A stretch of DNA of 64,000 nucleotides. It comes from an uncultured Methanosarcinales archaeon. GTDB lineage: Archaea > Halobacteriota > Methanosarcinia > Methanotrichales > Methanotrichaceae. Location of the stretch: assembly GCA_963843555.1 (NCBI GenBank), contig CAWJKV010000006.1:50399-114398 (forward strand), written 5' to 3'. The position numbers and the translations under genes are program-made. Of this stretch, positions 40,368 through 51,243 are shown one piece after another; within the stretch, counting starts at the first letter, position 1, and every line of letters starts with the position of its first letter. The notes beneath the pieces are model-generated. The model made no database searches, was not told where the DNA came from, and saw nothing but the letters and a program-made list of their open reading frames with translations.

Positions 40368-42836
40368 CTACTCCCCCTCAATCCTCTTCTTCCTCTCCTC
40401 CGCCTCTTTGGCCGCCTCCATCTTGCCCAGCACCTTGGCCACCGACCCGATGGCCTCCAGATAGCGCACCATCTGGTCCAGGTAGTTTATCAGATCCCCC
40501 TGGTAGGCGTACATGCCGTACTTGTCAGAAAACTCGTCAATGATCCCTTCCGGGCTCTTGCCTTCCGCCCGCAACTCCAGGATTCGCAGCGAGATGTTCT
40601 TCTGAGCACAGCCGCAATAGGGAGCCTCCTTGCAGGTGCAGCGCAGGAAGTCACGGGAGAAGTCCAGACAGTACTTCTGGATCTTCCTCTCCAGATCGTT
40701 AAGGTCGGAGCTGCTCAAAAGATCCAGAAAAGAGCCATGCAGCGCTCGCTGAGAGATCTGCATGCGCAGCTTCACAGAGATGCGTTCTGCGAACTTCAGG
40801 TAGAGGGCCTCGAAGCTCTCCAGGGCCACGGCTACATCCAGCGGTGACTTGCCCTTCTTAAGCTGCGAGGCGATGATTGTCACCTGATCTGGCGTCAGGA
40901 AATGGGCGGCTGCTGCGGCGCCAAGGGGCGTGGGCTCAATGCCCTTGACGAGATCCGCTTTTGCCAGCGATTTTAGAGAGCAGTCCAGATCATCCAGTCC
41001 CAGTGTCAGCTCGTGCAGCTTCTCCAATTCCTCTCTGGTGCGCGCTGCCACGGCATTTGCCAGGACCTCTTCCAGCTGCTGCTCCTGGGAAAACTCCGGC
41101 GCCACATCCTCCATCGTCCCGTGTAAAAGCAACAGGGCCATCTCATCCTCAGACTCGCCCCTCGCGGAGGAGAAACGTCGGCCCGGCTCGGCCAGAATGT
41201 AGACCAGGCCCTTATCGTGGTATCCCGGCCTTCCTGCCCTGCCCAGCATCTGGTTGAACTCCTGCACATTCAGCCATTTGATGCCCATGGCCAGAGATTC
41301 GAAGACCACCTGCGAGGCAGGAAAGTCCACGCCTGCCGCGAGGGCGGCCGTGGTGACGACGGTATGGACTTTTCCCTGGCCAAAAAGCTCCTCGATCCTC
41401 TTTCTCTCCGGGTATTGCAGACCGGCGTGGTAGGCGGCAGCTCCGGGAATGGATTGGGCCAGGTTGTAGCAGTTCTTGCGGGAGTTGGTGAAGATTATGG
41501 TCTGGCCGCGGTAACCTGTCGACGACGTCAGCTTCTGGGCCTCGCTGGCCAGCTCCCGCAAGAGCTTCTTCTTTTCCGGTCCTGAGGAGAATATGAGATG
41601 GCGCTCGATGGGAACCGGCCGCACCTCGTACTCCACGAGCGTCGCCCCCAGGCGTTTGGCCAGCGCACCTGGGTTTCCTACGGTGGCGGACAGGAAGATG
41701 AACTGTGCTCGAGGTGCCGCATTCTTCAGCCGGGCGATCATCCCCGCCAGCCGGTGGCCGCGCTCTGCATCCTCCAGCATGTGAACCTCGTCGATCACTA
41801 CCGTTCCTACTCGCCCCAGGCTCTTCTTGGAGCGTATCACCTGGTCGATGCCCTCATAGGTCCCGGCTATGATGTCGGCATCAAGACTCTGGGCGATCTT
41901 GCGGCCTTTTCCCAGGCGAATGCGGGATACGCCCACCCGGATGGAGGTCTGAAATCCCAGTTCGTTGTAGATGGAGAGCTGATCGAACTTCTGGTTGGCC
42001 AGGGCAACAAGCGGCACCAGAAAGAGCAATTTACCCTTGCCTTCCAGCAGATTCTTGACACCAGCCAATTCTCCGACAAGGCTTTTACCAGTGGCCGTGG
42101 CAGAGACGACCAATTGGTGCCGGCCTTCCAGGAGGCCTGCCTGAACCGACCTGGACTGGACAGGCAGGAGCCGGGTCAATCTGCGGCGCAGCAATTCCAT
42201 GAGCTCTTTGGGCAGGTGGAGTGACTCCAGCGGCAGAGTGGGCTCTTCGCGGCTGGCGGGGATGATGTCGAACCTTGTCAGCTCCGGCTCCAGCCTTTGC
42301 AAGGAAAGCAAGCCGATCACGTCGTCCAGGTTCCGTCTCTTCTTCAAGATCCTGGCCAGGTGGGCCTTGGCAGCGCGGCCCAGATGCCGGAAATCCGCCT
42401 CTCGCAGCAATTCTGCAGCAGCGCAGTTCTCGCAGATGCGCGCTCCTTTGTAGGTTATGGCCTCCAAGGGTACGTAAGTCACTTTGCGCTGCCCGAGACA
42501 ATGGCTGCAGACCTGAACAAACCGGTATTCGAGCTGGTAGGACTCCAGCAGCTCGACGAACTTCTTTTCCAGTACCGAGTCTCCACGGGCAAGATATATG
42601 GCATCCGCTTTGCGAAGCAAACGCATTGCGTCCTCGGGTGGAAGGTACTTCTCCGCGTCAGTTTCCTTTTTGACTAAAAACTTGAAGACCCTCGGCCCTT
42701 GCGGCATATCCTTCAGTCTCAGATGTCCTTCAAAAAGAGTCTTGCTGCCGCTTTGGGGCAATAGCAATATGCGAGACCGATCCGCCTGAGCCAAAACCTG
42801 AAAAGTCATTGTAAAATAGACGTTATCCTGACGCAA
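40368..42836 (-). CDS. Archaea-specific Ski2-like DEAD/DEAH helicase (DUF5814 family)
   Basis: SATATGKS, DEVH, SAT, QMLGRAGR; Cys clusters at both termini. Confidence 0.9.
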   Translation of the reverse strand: MRQDNVYFTMTFQVLAQADRSRILLLPQSGSKTLFEGHLRLKDMPQGPRVFKFLVKKETDAEKYLPPEDAMRLLRKADAIYLARGDSVLEKKFVELLESYQLEYRFVQVCSHCLGQRKVTYVPLEAITYKGARICENCAAAELLREADFRHLGRAAKAHLARILKKRRNLDDVIGLLSLQRLEPELTRFDIIPASREEPTLPLESLHLPKELMELLRRRLTRLLPVQSRSVQAGLLEGRHQLVVSATATGKSLVGELAGVKNLLEGKGKLLFLVPLVALANQKFDQLSIYNELGFQTSIRVGVSRIRLGKGRKIAQSLDADIIAGTYEGIDQVIRSKKSLGRVGTVVIDEVHMLEDAERGHRLAGMIARLKNAAPRAQFIFLSATVGNPGALAKRLGATLVEYEVRPVPIERHLIFSSGPEKKKLLRELASEAQKLTSSTGYRGQTIIFTNSRKNCYNLAQSIPGAAAYHAGLQYPERKRIEELFGQGKVHTVVTTAALAAGVDFPASQVVFESLAMGIKWLNVQEFNQMLGRAGRPGYHDKGLVYILAEPGRRFSSARGESEDEMALLLLHGTMEDVAPEFSQEQQLEEVLANAVAARTREELEKLHELTLGLDDLDCSLKSLAKADLVKGIEPTPLGAAAAAHFLTPDQVTIIASQLKKGKSPLDVAVALESFEALYLKFAERISVKLRMQISQRALHGSFLDLLSSSDLNDLERKIQKYCLDFSRDFLRCTCKEAPYCGCAQKNISLRILELRAEGKSPEGIIDEFSDKYGMYAYQGDLINYLDQMVRYLEAIGSVAKVLGKMEAAKEAEERKKRIEGE

Positions 42837-43614
42837 GGTCTATGAGCTCATATTTCAGGCCCTCGGTCTCCAGGCGCGTGAGCAGCCCTGGAATCTGCTC
42901 ATCCACGCTGACGATCAATGAACTGATGCCGTGGTATGCCGCCTCTACTGCGAATTCTTTGGCCCCGAAGATCACATCGGGCTCTCGTCCTGCCTTTCGC
43001 AGCGCCACCAGGGCCTCGATGCCCAAACACCCAACCATCTTCTCTCCAGAGAGATGCCCTTCCAGGAGCTTCAGGTCCACCTTTCTCGAGCCTCCCATCT
43101 GCACTCGCGGCACTTTGCAGAGAGTTATATGTCCTTCATCCAGGCTTATCAGCCCTCGCAGGTCTGAGACGCCCACATCCTCACCGGCGACGGCTTCACT
43201 GATGACGACGCCACTGGCATCTATATCCTCTTTTTTGTTGGCATATAAAAGGCCGCTTCTCATCTCCAAAGATACACGTTCGCCCTCGGCAAGATCAAAT
43301 TCAGCTATTGCCGTCCAGACGGAGACGTGGCTAATGATCTCCTCCATCACCACTCGGGCATAACGCTTCAGTTCGGCGGCATTCTCCAGCAGCCACTCCA
43401 CGCCCTCTTTGGTGATGCTGTAGCGCATCCGGCCATCGGTTGTGACCAGCCCATCCGCCACCAGCTCTTTGATGTACTCGGAGATCGCCTGGGGGGTGAC
43501 ACCCAGTTTCTCAGCCACTTCTTTTTGGCGAAGGTTAGGCTGATGGGCGGCTATCTCGACGAGAATCTGAAAACGAGAGCTTTCCCTCTTGCTTTGCAGC
43601 ACATTGGCCATCAA
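42823..43614 (-). CDS. Winged-HTH transcriptional regulator
   Basis: QKEVAEKLGVTPQAISEYIKEL. Confidence 0.85.
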   Translation of the reverse strand: MMANVLQSKRESSRFQILVEIAAHQPNLRQKEVAEKLGVTPQAISEYIKELVADGLVTTDGRMRYSITKEGVEWLLENAAELKRYARVVMEEIISHVSVWTAIAEFDLAEGERVSLEMRSGLLYANKKEDIDASGVVISEAVAGEDVGVSDLRGLISLDEGHITLCKVPRVQMGGSRKVDLKLLEGHLSGEKMVGCLGIEALVALRKAGREPDVIFGAKEFAVEAAYHGISSLIVSVDEQIPGLLTRLETEGLKYELIDLASG

Positions 43615-44129
43615 AAATCCTCTTCGTAAGGCTCAATGCGCTGGCCCCTCACCGCCAGACCTTCCGTCCTCTTGGCCACACCGCGAATGAAGATTTGACT
43701 TACTCCCAGCTCCCGAGAAAGGTTGGAGAGAGAGCTATTACCGCCGTCGACCATCTTCTGCAGCTTCTCAGTCACAACTCGCAGCTCCTCATCTGACATA
43801 AAGGTGAGGCTGATCAGCTCGCTCAGATCCTCCATTGAGGCCCCAAAGTTGGCCTGTATGCGAGAGTAAGTGGAATGGTACTCTTTCTCAGGACTAGCCC
43901 CGGGTTCCGGTACCCTCCACTTGGTCTCCACAAGGCCGCTCTTGCGCAGCAACGCCACGCTTCTGTGAACGCTTGACTCGTCTCCCACAAGCGAAACTAG
44001 CTCGCGCTCAGTATGCCAGTCCCGGCTCAATTCATCGAAGATTTTTTTATGGACATTGGAGCCGAAGGCTTGCAACAATGGGACCAGATCTGAAGGGTCG
44101 TTGATGATCCGCGTTCTCTTTCCCGTCAC
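43611..44129 (-). CDS. ArsR-like archaeal transcriptional regulator
   Basis: IINDPSDLVPLL..L.K.GLVE..WR.P.PG..PEKEYH. Confidence 0.8.
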   Translation of the reverse strand: MTGKRTRIINDPSDLVPLLQAFGSNVHKKIFDELSRDWHTERELVSLVGDESSVHRSVALLRKSGLVETKWRVPEPGASPEKEYHSTYSRIQANFGASMEDLSELISLTFMSDEELRVVTEKLQKMVDGGNSSLSNLSRELGVSQIFIRGVAKRTEGLAVRGQRIEPYEEDF

Positions 44130-44181
44130 AAAGAACCTCGCATTGGTATTATGTCTCTGGTTTGATAAAGCTTTTGAAGAT

Positions 44182-46089
44182 TCAAATCAGCCTGACCGTC
44201 TCCAGATTCATGGGCGCCATGGTAGGTATTCTGTATTTCTTATAGATGGAGCTGGCCAGATCGAGGCAGTTGCCCTCATCGCCGTGGTTGGTGAGAACCC
44301 GGCCGGGCTTGGGATAGATGCGTCGCATATACTCCATGAGCTGCTGGCGATCGGAATGGCCGGAGAATCCATCCACCGTGGTTACCTCCAGGTTAATCTT
44401 CACCGTCTGGGTCCTGCCCTCCACAGAGAGAGGCAATTCCTTCCAGCCCTTCTGAATGCGCCGCCCGAGAGTTCCTTCCGCCTGGTATCCAACAATGACC
44501 AACGTATTTTTCTCATCCGGGCCGAGGCGCTTGAGATACTCAATAACCGGGCCACCGTTGAGCATGCCGCTCGTCGCCAGAATAACACATGGGGGCCCTT
44601 CAATTATCTCCGTCCTCTGCTTGGGGCTTTCCACCTGCACAAAACACTTTGCCAGGAATGGATTGATTCCTTTGTGGAATATGAGATCTCTTAGATCGTT
44701 ATTGAGGTACTCGGGATATGTGGTATGAATGGCAGTAGCCTCAAAGATCATGCCATCCAGACAGACCGGCACCTCATCTATCACCTTCTTTCGGATGGCC
44801 TCTTCCAGAACCACCATGACCTCCTGGCTGCGGCCTACAGAGAAGGCGGGAATGATGACCTTGCCGCCCTTATGAATGGTTTCCTTGACCACATTTATCA
44901 AAGTGACTTCCGCTTCTTTGCGCGATGGTTGAATGCTGTTGGCCCCTCCGTAGGTGGCCTCGGTCACAAGGGTTTCCAATCGCGGAAAATTGCATACTGC
45001 CGGATCAAAGAGCCTGGTTCTCTCGAACTTATTGTCTCCGGTGAAGGCTACGTTGTAAAGGCCATCTCCAATATGAAAGTGGGCAATGGAGGAGCCCAGA
45101 ATGTGGCCGGCATTGTGCATGGTCAATTTGGTGTCGGGAGCAATGTCGGTTACATCTCCATAGTTGAGGGTTATAGTATGCTTGAGGGCCTCGCGAACCA
45201 TTGAAGAGTCGTATGGCAGCCTCTTTCCTTCGCGGCCGGCTATTTCAATGTAATCGAGCTGTAATAGCACAGCCAGATCCCTGGTGGGAGGGGTGCAGTA
45301 AATAGGTCCTTCATAGCCGTATTTGTAAAGCATGGGAACAAGGCCTGCATGGTCCAGGTGAGCGTGTGTCAAGACGACGGCATCGATCTGGTTAAGTGGA
45401 TAGACCTCGGGTACATAGAGAAAAGGCGTGGCAGAGTCATCTGACCCCACATTTACGCCGCAATCGATGATGATGCGAGACTCCGGCGTTGACAGAAGCA
45501 TGCAGCTTCTGCCCACCTCGCGGCAGCCTCCTAATGTGGTTATTCTGACCCATTGGTCCTTGGAAGCGATATCTCTGTGGATCTTCCTGCCCACGGTACG
45601 CAGGATATTCTTTCTCTCCGATTGCACACTGCGCAGGTAATCCTTGATGTTGGCAATGGTTGTCGAGCGTACGGGAGGGGTTCTTACGACTTTGGGAGTC
45701 CAGCCGATCAGCTTGGTTATCTCCCGGAGCGTTGCACCATGGCGACCTATGACCAGGCCCGGCTTCTCCGCCTCGATCTGCACCTCACCGGTCTCACCAT
45801 CAAAGTAGTAGTTGGTGAGAACAGCTTCTTTTGGTACGACCTCCTGAATCTTGGTTATGGCAATTTCAGGTTCTGCCAATACCTTCAGGTCCGGCCGAAC
45901 AACGACGCGCTTGCGAAGCTCCTTGGCCAGGTTTCGTATGATTTCACCGTCATCAGCAAGCTTCTTCGGGTCATCTGTGTAAATGACCAGCTCCGGACCC
46001 TCAAACTCCAGCCCCGTGACATTGACGTCCGGCGGCAGCTTGCTCTGCACCTTACGTTTGAGCTCAAAAAGTACTTCTTCTACTGACAA
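44182..46089 (-). CDS. fttA: aCPSF1 beta-CASP ribonuclease / transcription termination factor
   Basis: N-terminal KH domains, [30 protein letters not shown]. Confidence 0.95.
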   Translation of the reverse strand: MSVEEVLFELKRKVQSKLPPDVNVTGLEFEGPELVIYTDDPKKLADDGEIIRNLAKELRKRVVVRPDLKVLAEPEIAITKIQEVVPKEAVLTNYYFDGETGEVQIEAEKPGLVIGRHGATLREITKLIGWTPKVVRTPPVRSTTIANIKDYLRSVQSERKNILRTVGRKIHRDIASKDQWVRITTLGGCREVGRSCMLLSTPESRIIIDCGVNVGSDDSATPFLYVPEVYPLNQIDAVVLTHAHLDHAGLVPMLYKYGYEGPIYCTPPTRDLAVLLQLDYIEIAGREGKRLPYDSSMVREALKHTITLNYGDVTDIAPDTKLTMHNAGHILGSSIAHFHIGDGLYNVAFTGDNKFERTRLFDPAVCNFPRLETLVTEATYGGANSIQPSRKEAEVTLINVVKETIHKGGKVIIPAFSVGRSQEVMVVLEEAIRKKVIDEVPVCLDGMIFEATAIHTTYPEYLNNDLRDLIFHKGINPFLAKCFVQVESPKQRTEIIEGPPCVILATSGMLNGGPVIEYLKRLGPDEKNTLVIVGYQAEGTLGRRIQKGWKELPLSVEGRTQTVKINLEVTTVDGFSGHSDRQQLMEYMRRIYPKPGRVLTNHGDEGNCLDLASSIYKKYRIPTMAPMNLETVRLI

Positions 46090-46109
46090 TATTACACATC
46101 CAAAAAAAA

Positions 46110-46730
46110 TTAGAGGAGACTCATTATCTCCGTAAACTCCGGCTCGCCTACCTCCTCGTATTTATCTGTGATTCTAACGAGCTCGATCTTATCGCCTGAA
46201 GCAGAATCCCGCTTCATGGCATTATGAATTGCCCTGGCCGCCAGCACAGTTCCATCCTCGATGCTGATACCGGGTTTATACATGGCTTCCAGCACCCCGT
46301 AGGCGATGGGCGAACCGGAACCGGTAGAGACTATTCTGCGCTCTTCGATCTGCCCGCCCAATGCGTCAAGCGAATAGATCTTGGGGCCATATCTATCTAC
46401 TCCTCCCATGACCAGCTGGACCATAAAGGGATAGTAGCGTCTTGAAGAGAGTATATTGGCCAGCATAGAAGTTACGGCTTTGACGGTCAAGCTCTCGCCT
46501 CTCTGCATCTTGTAGAGCCTGGCCTCCACCTGAACCATCCGAACCAGCGATTGGGCATCGCCTACCGCTCCAGCCGTAGTCATGCCCACCAGGTCGTCGA
46601 TCTGATAGATCTTCTTGGCCTGGCTGCTGGCTATAAAGCTGCCCATGGTAGCACGGCTCTCCGATGCAAGGACCACACCTCCATCGCAGAGTACACCTAC
46701 TGTAGTTGTACCTTTGAATACCTCGACCAT
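46110..46730 (-). CDS. psmB: Proteasome beta subunit
   Basis: KGTTTVG, TGSGS..AYGVLE, RDSASGD. Confidence 0.96.
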   Translation of the reverse strand: MVEVFKGTTTVGVLCDGGVVLASESRATMGSFIASSQAKKIYQIDDLVGMTTAGAVGDAQSLVRMVQVEARLYKMQRGESLTVKAVTSMLANILSSRRYYPFMVQLVMGGVDRYGPKIYSLDALGGQIEERRIVSTGSGSPIAYGVLEAMYKPGISIEDGTVLAARAIHNAMKRDSASGDKIELVRITDKYEEVGEPEFTEIMSLL

Positions 46731-46874
46731 CTAATTACCTCAACTAAAATCGGAAAACGGACAATTACGCTTTTACTTCTGCGATATAAATACTTTCCGC
46801 CGACACACCGCCACACCAGCTCGTTAAAGATTAAAGAATCAGAAGAGCCACGCGAACGCTAGAAATACGAGGCC

Positions 46875-47705
46875 GTGCAAGTGCTCTATGTGTACGACCT
46901 TGTCGACTGGATCTACAGGCACTACATCTATCCCATAATCTATGATACTAGCTATAACCCCGTGGATACCATCACCTGGGCAATAATTTTAGGGCTGTCC
47001 ATACTTGCCCTGATAAGGCTGTTTCGAAGCAGGGGTCTCTCGGTGGATGAGAGGCTTGTTCTCTCTACCCTGCCATACATCCTGGCGGGCTCAACTCTGA
47101 GGGTGATCGAAGATGCAGATCTTGTCGACTCACCCTGGAGCTATCTGCTTATTACGCCCTTAATCTTTTTCCTGGTTTTCCTGATAACGGCGGCCTCGCT
47201 GGCCCTCACCAGAAAGATTCGCGGCGAGGAGTATTACCAGAGTTATGCGGCCATAGGCATCATCTGGACATTGCTCAATCTTGTCATCCTATCCACCGTA
47301 GGGTTTGTGAATGCCTGGGTCATTGGCGCCGTCTTCGTCCTCGGATCAGCTTTGACGGGAGGCATACTCCTCTGCCGGCGGGCTTTGCCCTCGCTCGGGT
47401 TTCTGGACGACAGATTCAACCTCATGATCGTCTATGCCCACATGCTGGACGCCAGCTCGACCTACATCGGAGTGGACTGGTTCTCTTACTACGAGAAGCA
47501 TGTCGTTCCCACATTTCTAATCGACCTGATGGGATCGGCAGCTGTCATGTTTCCCCTGAAATTGCTCGTACTTCTGCCAGTGCTGAGCATAATAGATCGG
47601 TCTATAGAGGACCCCTCTTTACGAAATCTCACCAAACTGACTCTGATTACTCTGGGCCTGGCGCCAGCAGTGAGGAACACGCTTCGCCTGGCACTGGGTG
47701 TTTGA
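46875..47705 (+). CDS. DUF63 family membrane protein
   Basis: YNPVDT, LRVIED, LITP, AHMLDA, Y.EKHV, LGLAP..R. Confidence 0.88.
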   Translation: MQVLYVYDLVDWIYRHYIYPIIYDTSYNPVDTITWAIILGLSILALIRLFRSRGLSVDERLVLSTLPYILAGSTLRVIEDADLVDSPWSYLLITPLIFFLVFLITAASLALTRKIRGEEYYQSYAAIGIIWTLLNLVILSTVGFVNAWVIGAVFVLGSALTGGILLCRRALPSLGFLDDRFNLMIVYAHMLDASSTYIGVDWFSYYEKHVVPTFLIDLMGSAAVMFPLKLLVLLPVLSIIDRSIEDPSLRNLTKLTLITLGLAPAVRNTLRLALGV

Positions 47706-48070
47706 AAAGGAAAAGAGGGATGTATAGGAAAAGAATCGTGTGAAAAAGGAAGCGAATAGATCTTAGCCATGGATTACTAAAACGCCGATGAGCTCAGGAA
47801 GGGCTTATTGTGGCTGATGAAAATCGAAGATACTTTGACGTCATCGACTTGACCCTAAGCAGAAGTCGTGGATCCATTCAGACATTAGCCCTCTCGACTA
47901 GTCTGCAATTTTGCCGCCGTCGCTCGGCCTGCCGCCGACCCCAGGGCCGACTGCGGCACCTCGGAAGAATGTGCGGAAGCGATTTCTTGGCGGCATCTAC
48001 TCAGTCCTATCTCAGCGTTTTGGAGTTCCGCGCGGGTGATACACGCTGTGTGACGCGGCGCATCTGAGAT

Positions 48071-48116
48071 CGTGCAGGCCCCCTAACCCCTCTTCGGGGG
48101 TACAATTCCGGAATGC
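48071..48116 (-). repeat. Dispersed repeat B (second copy)
   Basis: Reverse complement of 18244-18289. Confidence 0.85.
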
Positions 48117-48228
48117 CGCTCCTCGCCAGGTATTCATGGTCTCCCCCGGGATATGGCCCTTCGAAGTCCATGCAGGTTAGCCGTCGGATTAGCTCTCTCC
48201 TTGAAACCGGAGCAAGTCTATTAGACAA
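48117..48228 (-). pseudogene. hicA: Truncated HicA toxin
   Basis: RLAPVSRRELIRRL...FEGPYPGGDHEYL, then repeat B. Confidence 0.8.
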
Positions 48229-48481
48229 TGCCAACGGGCTCCGAAGAAGCATTTATAGTATGGCTACCAATCGGTGGTATTGGATCTCCTAATCTCAGCC
48301 TCAAAGCGATCCATCCCTCGATAACAGAAACAAGAACCTTGCGACAATCCTCAAAGGTCTTGCCTGTTGCCCATACACCGGGAAGATCTGGCACATGAGC
48401 GTAGTAAGGCTCAGGCTCATCATCTTCCATTATCTCATATTCGGCCCGCTCTAAGGCTGCTTGAATGTATTCAGCAAACAT
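48221..48481 (-). CDS. hicB: HicB family antitoxin
   Basis: YIQAALERAEYE..YYAHVPDLPGVWATGKTFEDC. Confidence 0.9.
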   Translation of the reverse strand: MFAEYIQAALERAEYEIMEDDEPEPYYAHVPDLPGVWATGKTFEDCRKVLVSVIEGWIALRLRLGDPIPPIGSHTINASSEPVGIV

Positions 48482-48558
48482 ATCGGGATCCTATTGTCCT
48501 TAATGGAATTTAACATTAATCGATCGATCTCTCAAATGGCAACCTCGCAGCCCCCGTA

Positions 48559-49005
48559 GCGCCCGAAATCCATACGCCGGTCTCCCGGCCTCCATTGCCG
48601 CCAAGCCCGCCAACGGCCATGGTCCGGAGATGAGTGGAGTGCAATCCGGTTAGGCTGGGAGCGGGATAATCTGATAGCCAAAACTTCTTGGGTTACGAAC
48701 TTCCACCACAGAGGCACAGAGCGCACGGAGGACGAACGAAGAAAGTTATTATACTGAAGATTAGACCAACTTGCCTTGGTGCATTTCTTTGTGAGCTTTG
48801 TGCTCTTTGTGGTTGATATTAGTAGCGGGATAATTTGACCAAAGGTTACGGAATTTAACCACAAAGCTCACAAAGGACGAACGAAAGGAGACGACCATTT
48901 ATCCCGGAAGCAATTGGTTGGGCTTTCTTAGGTTGGATGGAAAGGAATGCTGAGCGTCTCTGTGAACTCTGTGCCTCTGTGATAAGTAATTGTAGCTGGA
49001 TAATT
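48559..49005. repeat. Composite repeat: leader plus two tandem stem-loop units (ACCACAGAG...CTCTGTG family)
   Basis: Leader plus first arm repeated at about 49974-50150; arms at 48705-48730, 48787-48814, 48857-48875, 48957-48981. Confidence 0.85.
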
Positions 49006-49147
49006 AGACTCTCGGGATCGCCGCTGGGATTGAGGACACATCAGGAGAGATGCTTCAATCCAAAATGCCAGAAGGACGATCCTTGATGCTGGTATTCGAT
49101 GCATCGCATTCGATTGATGCTTTGTTTAGTTTTCTGTAAGGAGTTAT

Positions 49148-49363
49148 TCATGCCTCTGCTTCGTCCTGAATCTTTATCACAATCTCATGAAGAGGGTTGG
49201 TTCTTGTATGGCCGGACGCATTGATTATCTCGATCCCTATCATTTCTCCCTGTTCTCCATAATCGATCAAGATATTCTTCTCTACTTCAATTGTATCGAC
49301 TACCTTTCCGTCAGTTAACTTCAGGTACATAACATCATATTTGGGATCGTAAGAGATCTTCAT
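49148..49363 (-). CDS. DUF2283 family antitoxin-like protein
   Basis: MKISYD...DVMYL...IDY...G..IGIEI..AS. Confidence 0.9.
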   Translation of the reverse strand: MKISYDPKYDVMYLKLTDGKVVDTIEVEKNILIDYGEQGEMIGIEIINASGHTRTNPLHEIVIKIQDEAEA

Positions 49364-49611
49364 TCTTGTCTCCTCGAATATTTGCTTATTTTTGAGGTAC
49401 TGTAAGCGCTGATTACTATTATCGTTTCATCCTCTTCTTCGAATATGATTCGTAATAGCTTTCCTCCTATAAATTTCTGCGCTATTTTTCTTTTCTCATC
49501 GCTGCAATCAACATTATCTGGACTGCTTAAGGCGGCTCTAACCATATCCGCAGAGATGCATCTCTCTTTCATCCTATCCAATGAATGAGGGATAAAAATC
49601 AATTGTTTCAT
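49360..49611 (-). CDS. DUF4258 family (RelE/BrnT-like) toxin
   Basis: FIPHS.DRM.ER.IS...V...L..PD..LRIIF..IIVISAY; ATGA overlap with DUF2283. Confidence 0.85.
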   Translation of the reverse strand: MKQLIFIPHSLDRMKERCISADMVRAALSSPDNVDCSDEKRKIAQKFIGGKLLRIIFEEEDETIIVISAYSTSKISKYSRRQE

Positions 49612-49973
49612 GCAACTATTCACTTCTGTCGATCCAGATCTCTGGATGCTGAGCCTATGAAAGGTGAAAGGAATTGTGGGGCATTTGCTGCAGGTCTTTT
49701 TGATCCTGAGTTTCAACGAATTGGCTAAATCGTCTTTTGTGCGTTCTTTGCGAGTTTTGTGCGCTTGGAGGTGGATCTAATGCCCCGGCTATCCAGCCAT
49801 CCCTTCTTATCATAGCCTCAATTTAGATCGATGGCCGATATAGCCTTCAGAGAACCATAATTTCCTTAATTCAAGTTCTGGACTCTCTTCCAAGCACACG
49901 ATCATATAAAGATTTAAAAAGGTTTCGTTCCACGTACTGCCATCTTCAATAATGGCAAATCCTGCAGGGCCCA

Positions 49974-50220
49974 GCGCCCGAAATCCACACGACAGTCTCC
50001 CGACCTCCAATGCCGCCAACGGTTGCGGTCCGGAGGTGAGTGGAGTGCAATCCCGGTTAAGCTTGGGTTTTATCAACCTGATAGCCAAAACTTCTTGGGT
50101 TACGGACGTTTACCACAGAGGCACATAGGGCGAGGGAGAACGAACGGACGGAGGTTAATTCGGGTCTTCTATGTGTCTTCACGGGGGGCTCACCACAAAG
50201 GCACGAAGGCACAGAGACGT
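49974..50220. repeat. Second copy of the composite repeat
   Basis: GCGCCCGAAATCC...TGAGTGGAGTGCAATCC...CTGATAGCCAAAACTTCTTGGGTTACG...ACCACAGAGGCACA shared with 48559. Confidence 0.85.
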
Positions 50221-50249
50221 CCATTCCTCCCTTTGGTCTGTGGCGGACA

Positions 50250-50308
50250 TTCTATTAAATTTTGGCCAGGCAACTTGCAGTGTCACAGTCCAGGATGATC
50301 ATCCTCAT
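50250..50308 (-). pseudogene. N-terminal stub of a PIN (DUF3368-like) toxin
   Basis: MRMIILDCDTASCLAKI then stop; directly downstream of UPF0175. Confidence 0.55.
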
Positions 50309-50324
50309 AGCAGGCCCGCTTTAC

Positions 50325-50600
50325 TCAGTCGTTCCAGACTCTCCTCGTTGCTTGCGCCAACCTCGATCCGAATAGATCTGGAGGCCAGAAGTTCTTTGAA
50401 CTCTTCCAAACATAATCCAGCCATCTCTCAGCTCTCCAAAAACTGACCTCTCCATTTTTATAAAGGTCCAATGCTACTTCCATCTTCAATCCTGGTTTCA
50501 GGATCAGGAGAGCCCTGACGGCATCAGGGATTACTGCTTCTCTGGAGCTATAGCTTCTTATTCTAACCAGGGAGTCTATCTCTTTTTCAGTGGAGGCCAT
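50325..50600 (-). CDS. UPF0175 family antitoxin (frameshift near 3' end)
   Basis: EIDSLVR...YSSR..DAVRALL..ALDLYKNGEVS..RA. Confidence 0.8.
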   Translation of the reverse strand: MASTEKEIDSLVRIRSYSSREAVIPDAVRALLILKPGLKMEVALDLYKNGEVSFWRAERWLDYVWKSSKNFWPPDLFGSRLAQATRRVWND

Positions 50601-50856
50601 TAGTTACCTTCCATATGATAGTTATATAATGATATTTCAAACCTTCTAAGGCGATCATATGCGCTCCTACAAAATCCAGCTCATCGTGGTGCTGTGTGGC
50701 GATCCCAGCTCCCGGAAGTGCGCTGGCGCCTTCCACCCCGCGGGCCACCTGCGGATGTGCTAGTCCACAAGCCGTTCGGCTAGCCTGTGGGAGAGGCACC
50801 CCCTGTTAAGCCGGAGTGCGGGCCATGAGCGGGATACTGGTGGCTTAGGGAAGAAA

Positions 50857-50980
50857 ACCACAGAGTCACAGAGCGAGACGAGGACGAACGAGGACCTCGA
50901 TTTGGAGGCAATTGGGTTGGCTTTTCAGCTTAGATAAATGGAGATAAAGAAGATTGCGCGTCTCTGTGAACACTATGGTT
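50857..50980. repeat. Further copy of the ACCACAGAG stem-loop unit
   Basis: ACCACAGAGTCACAGAG..GGACGAACG..GCAATTGG..GCGTCTCTGTGAAC. Confidence 0.75.
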
Positions 50981-51243
50981 AATGATCCTCAATGTTCAAC
51001 CTGGAATTACGAATCTCGATCACCAATAATTTGCATCATTCCTCTTTGCTGATCTTGTCATCTTTGCTGCCCTCCCAATGCACCTGCATCCAACCGATCC
51101 CGGCACCGCAAGTGCCGCAGCGTCTGTTGCTGGCTATATTCATGAAATAGTCAAAAAATAAAGCTTAAGTTATTCTTGTCTATTTTATGGTTGTGCTTTC
51201 CTTATTGAGATGATAACAAGATACTGCAGGGGTATTACCGGAT

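Noticed and set aside
48660..49005. CRISPR array
   Set aside because: Units are long, degenerate and have related spacers; no cas genes
48600..50062. Integron attC sites (GCCAAC...GTTAGGC / GTTAAGC)
   Set aside because: R/L box spacing does not fit and no integrase is in the window; kept only as part of the repeat finding
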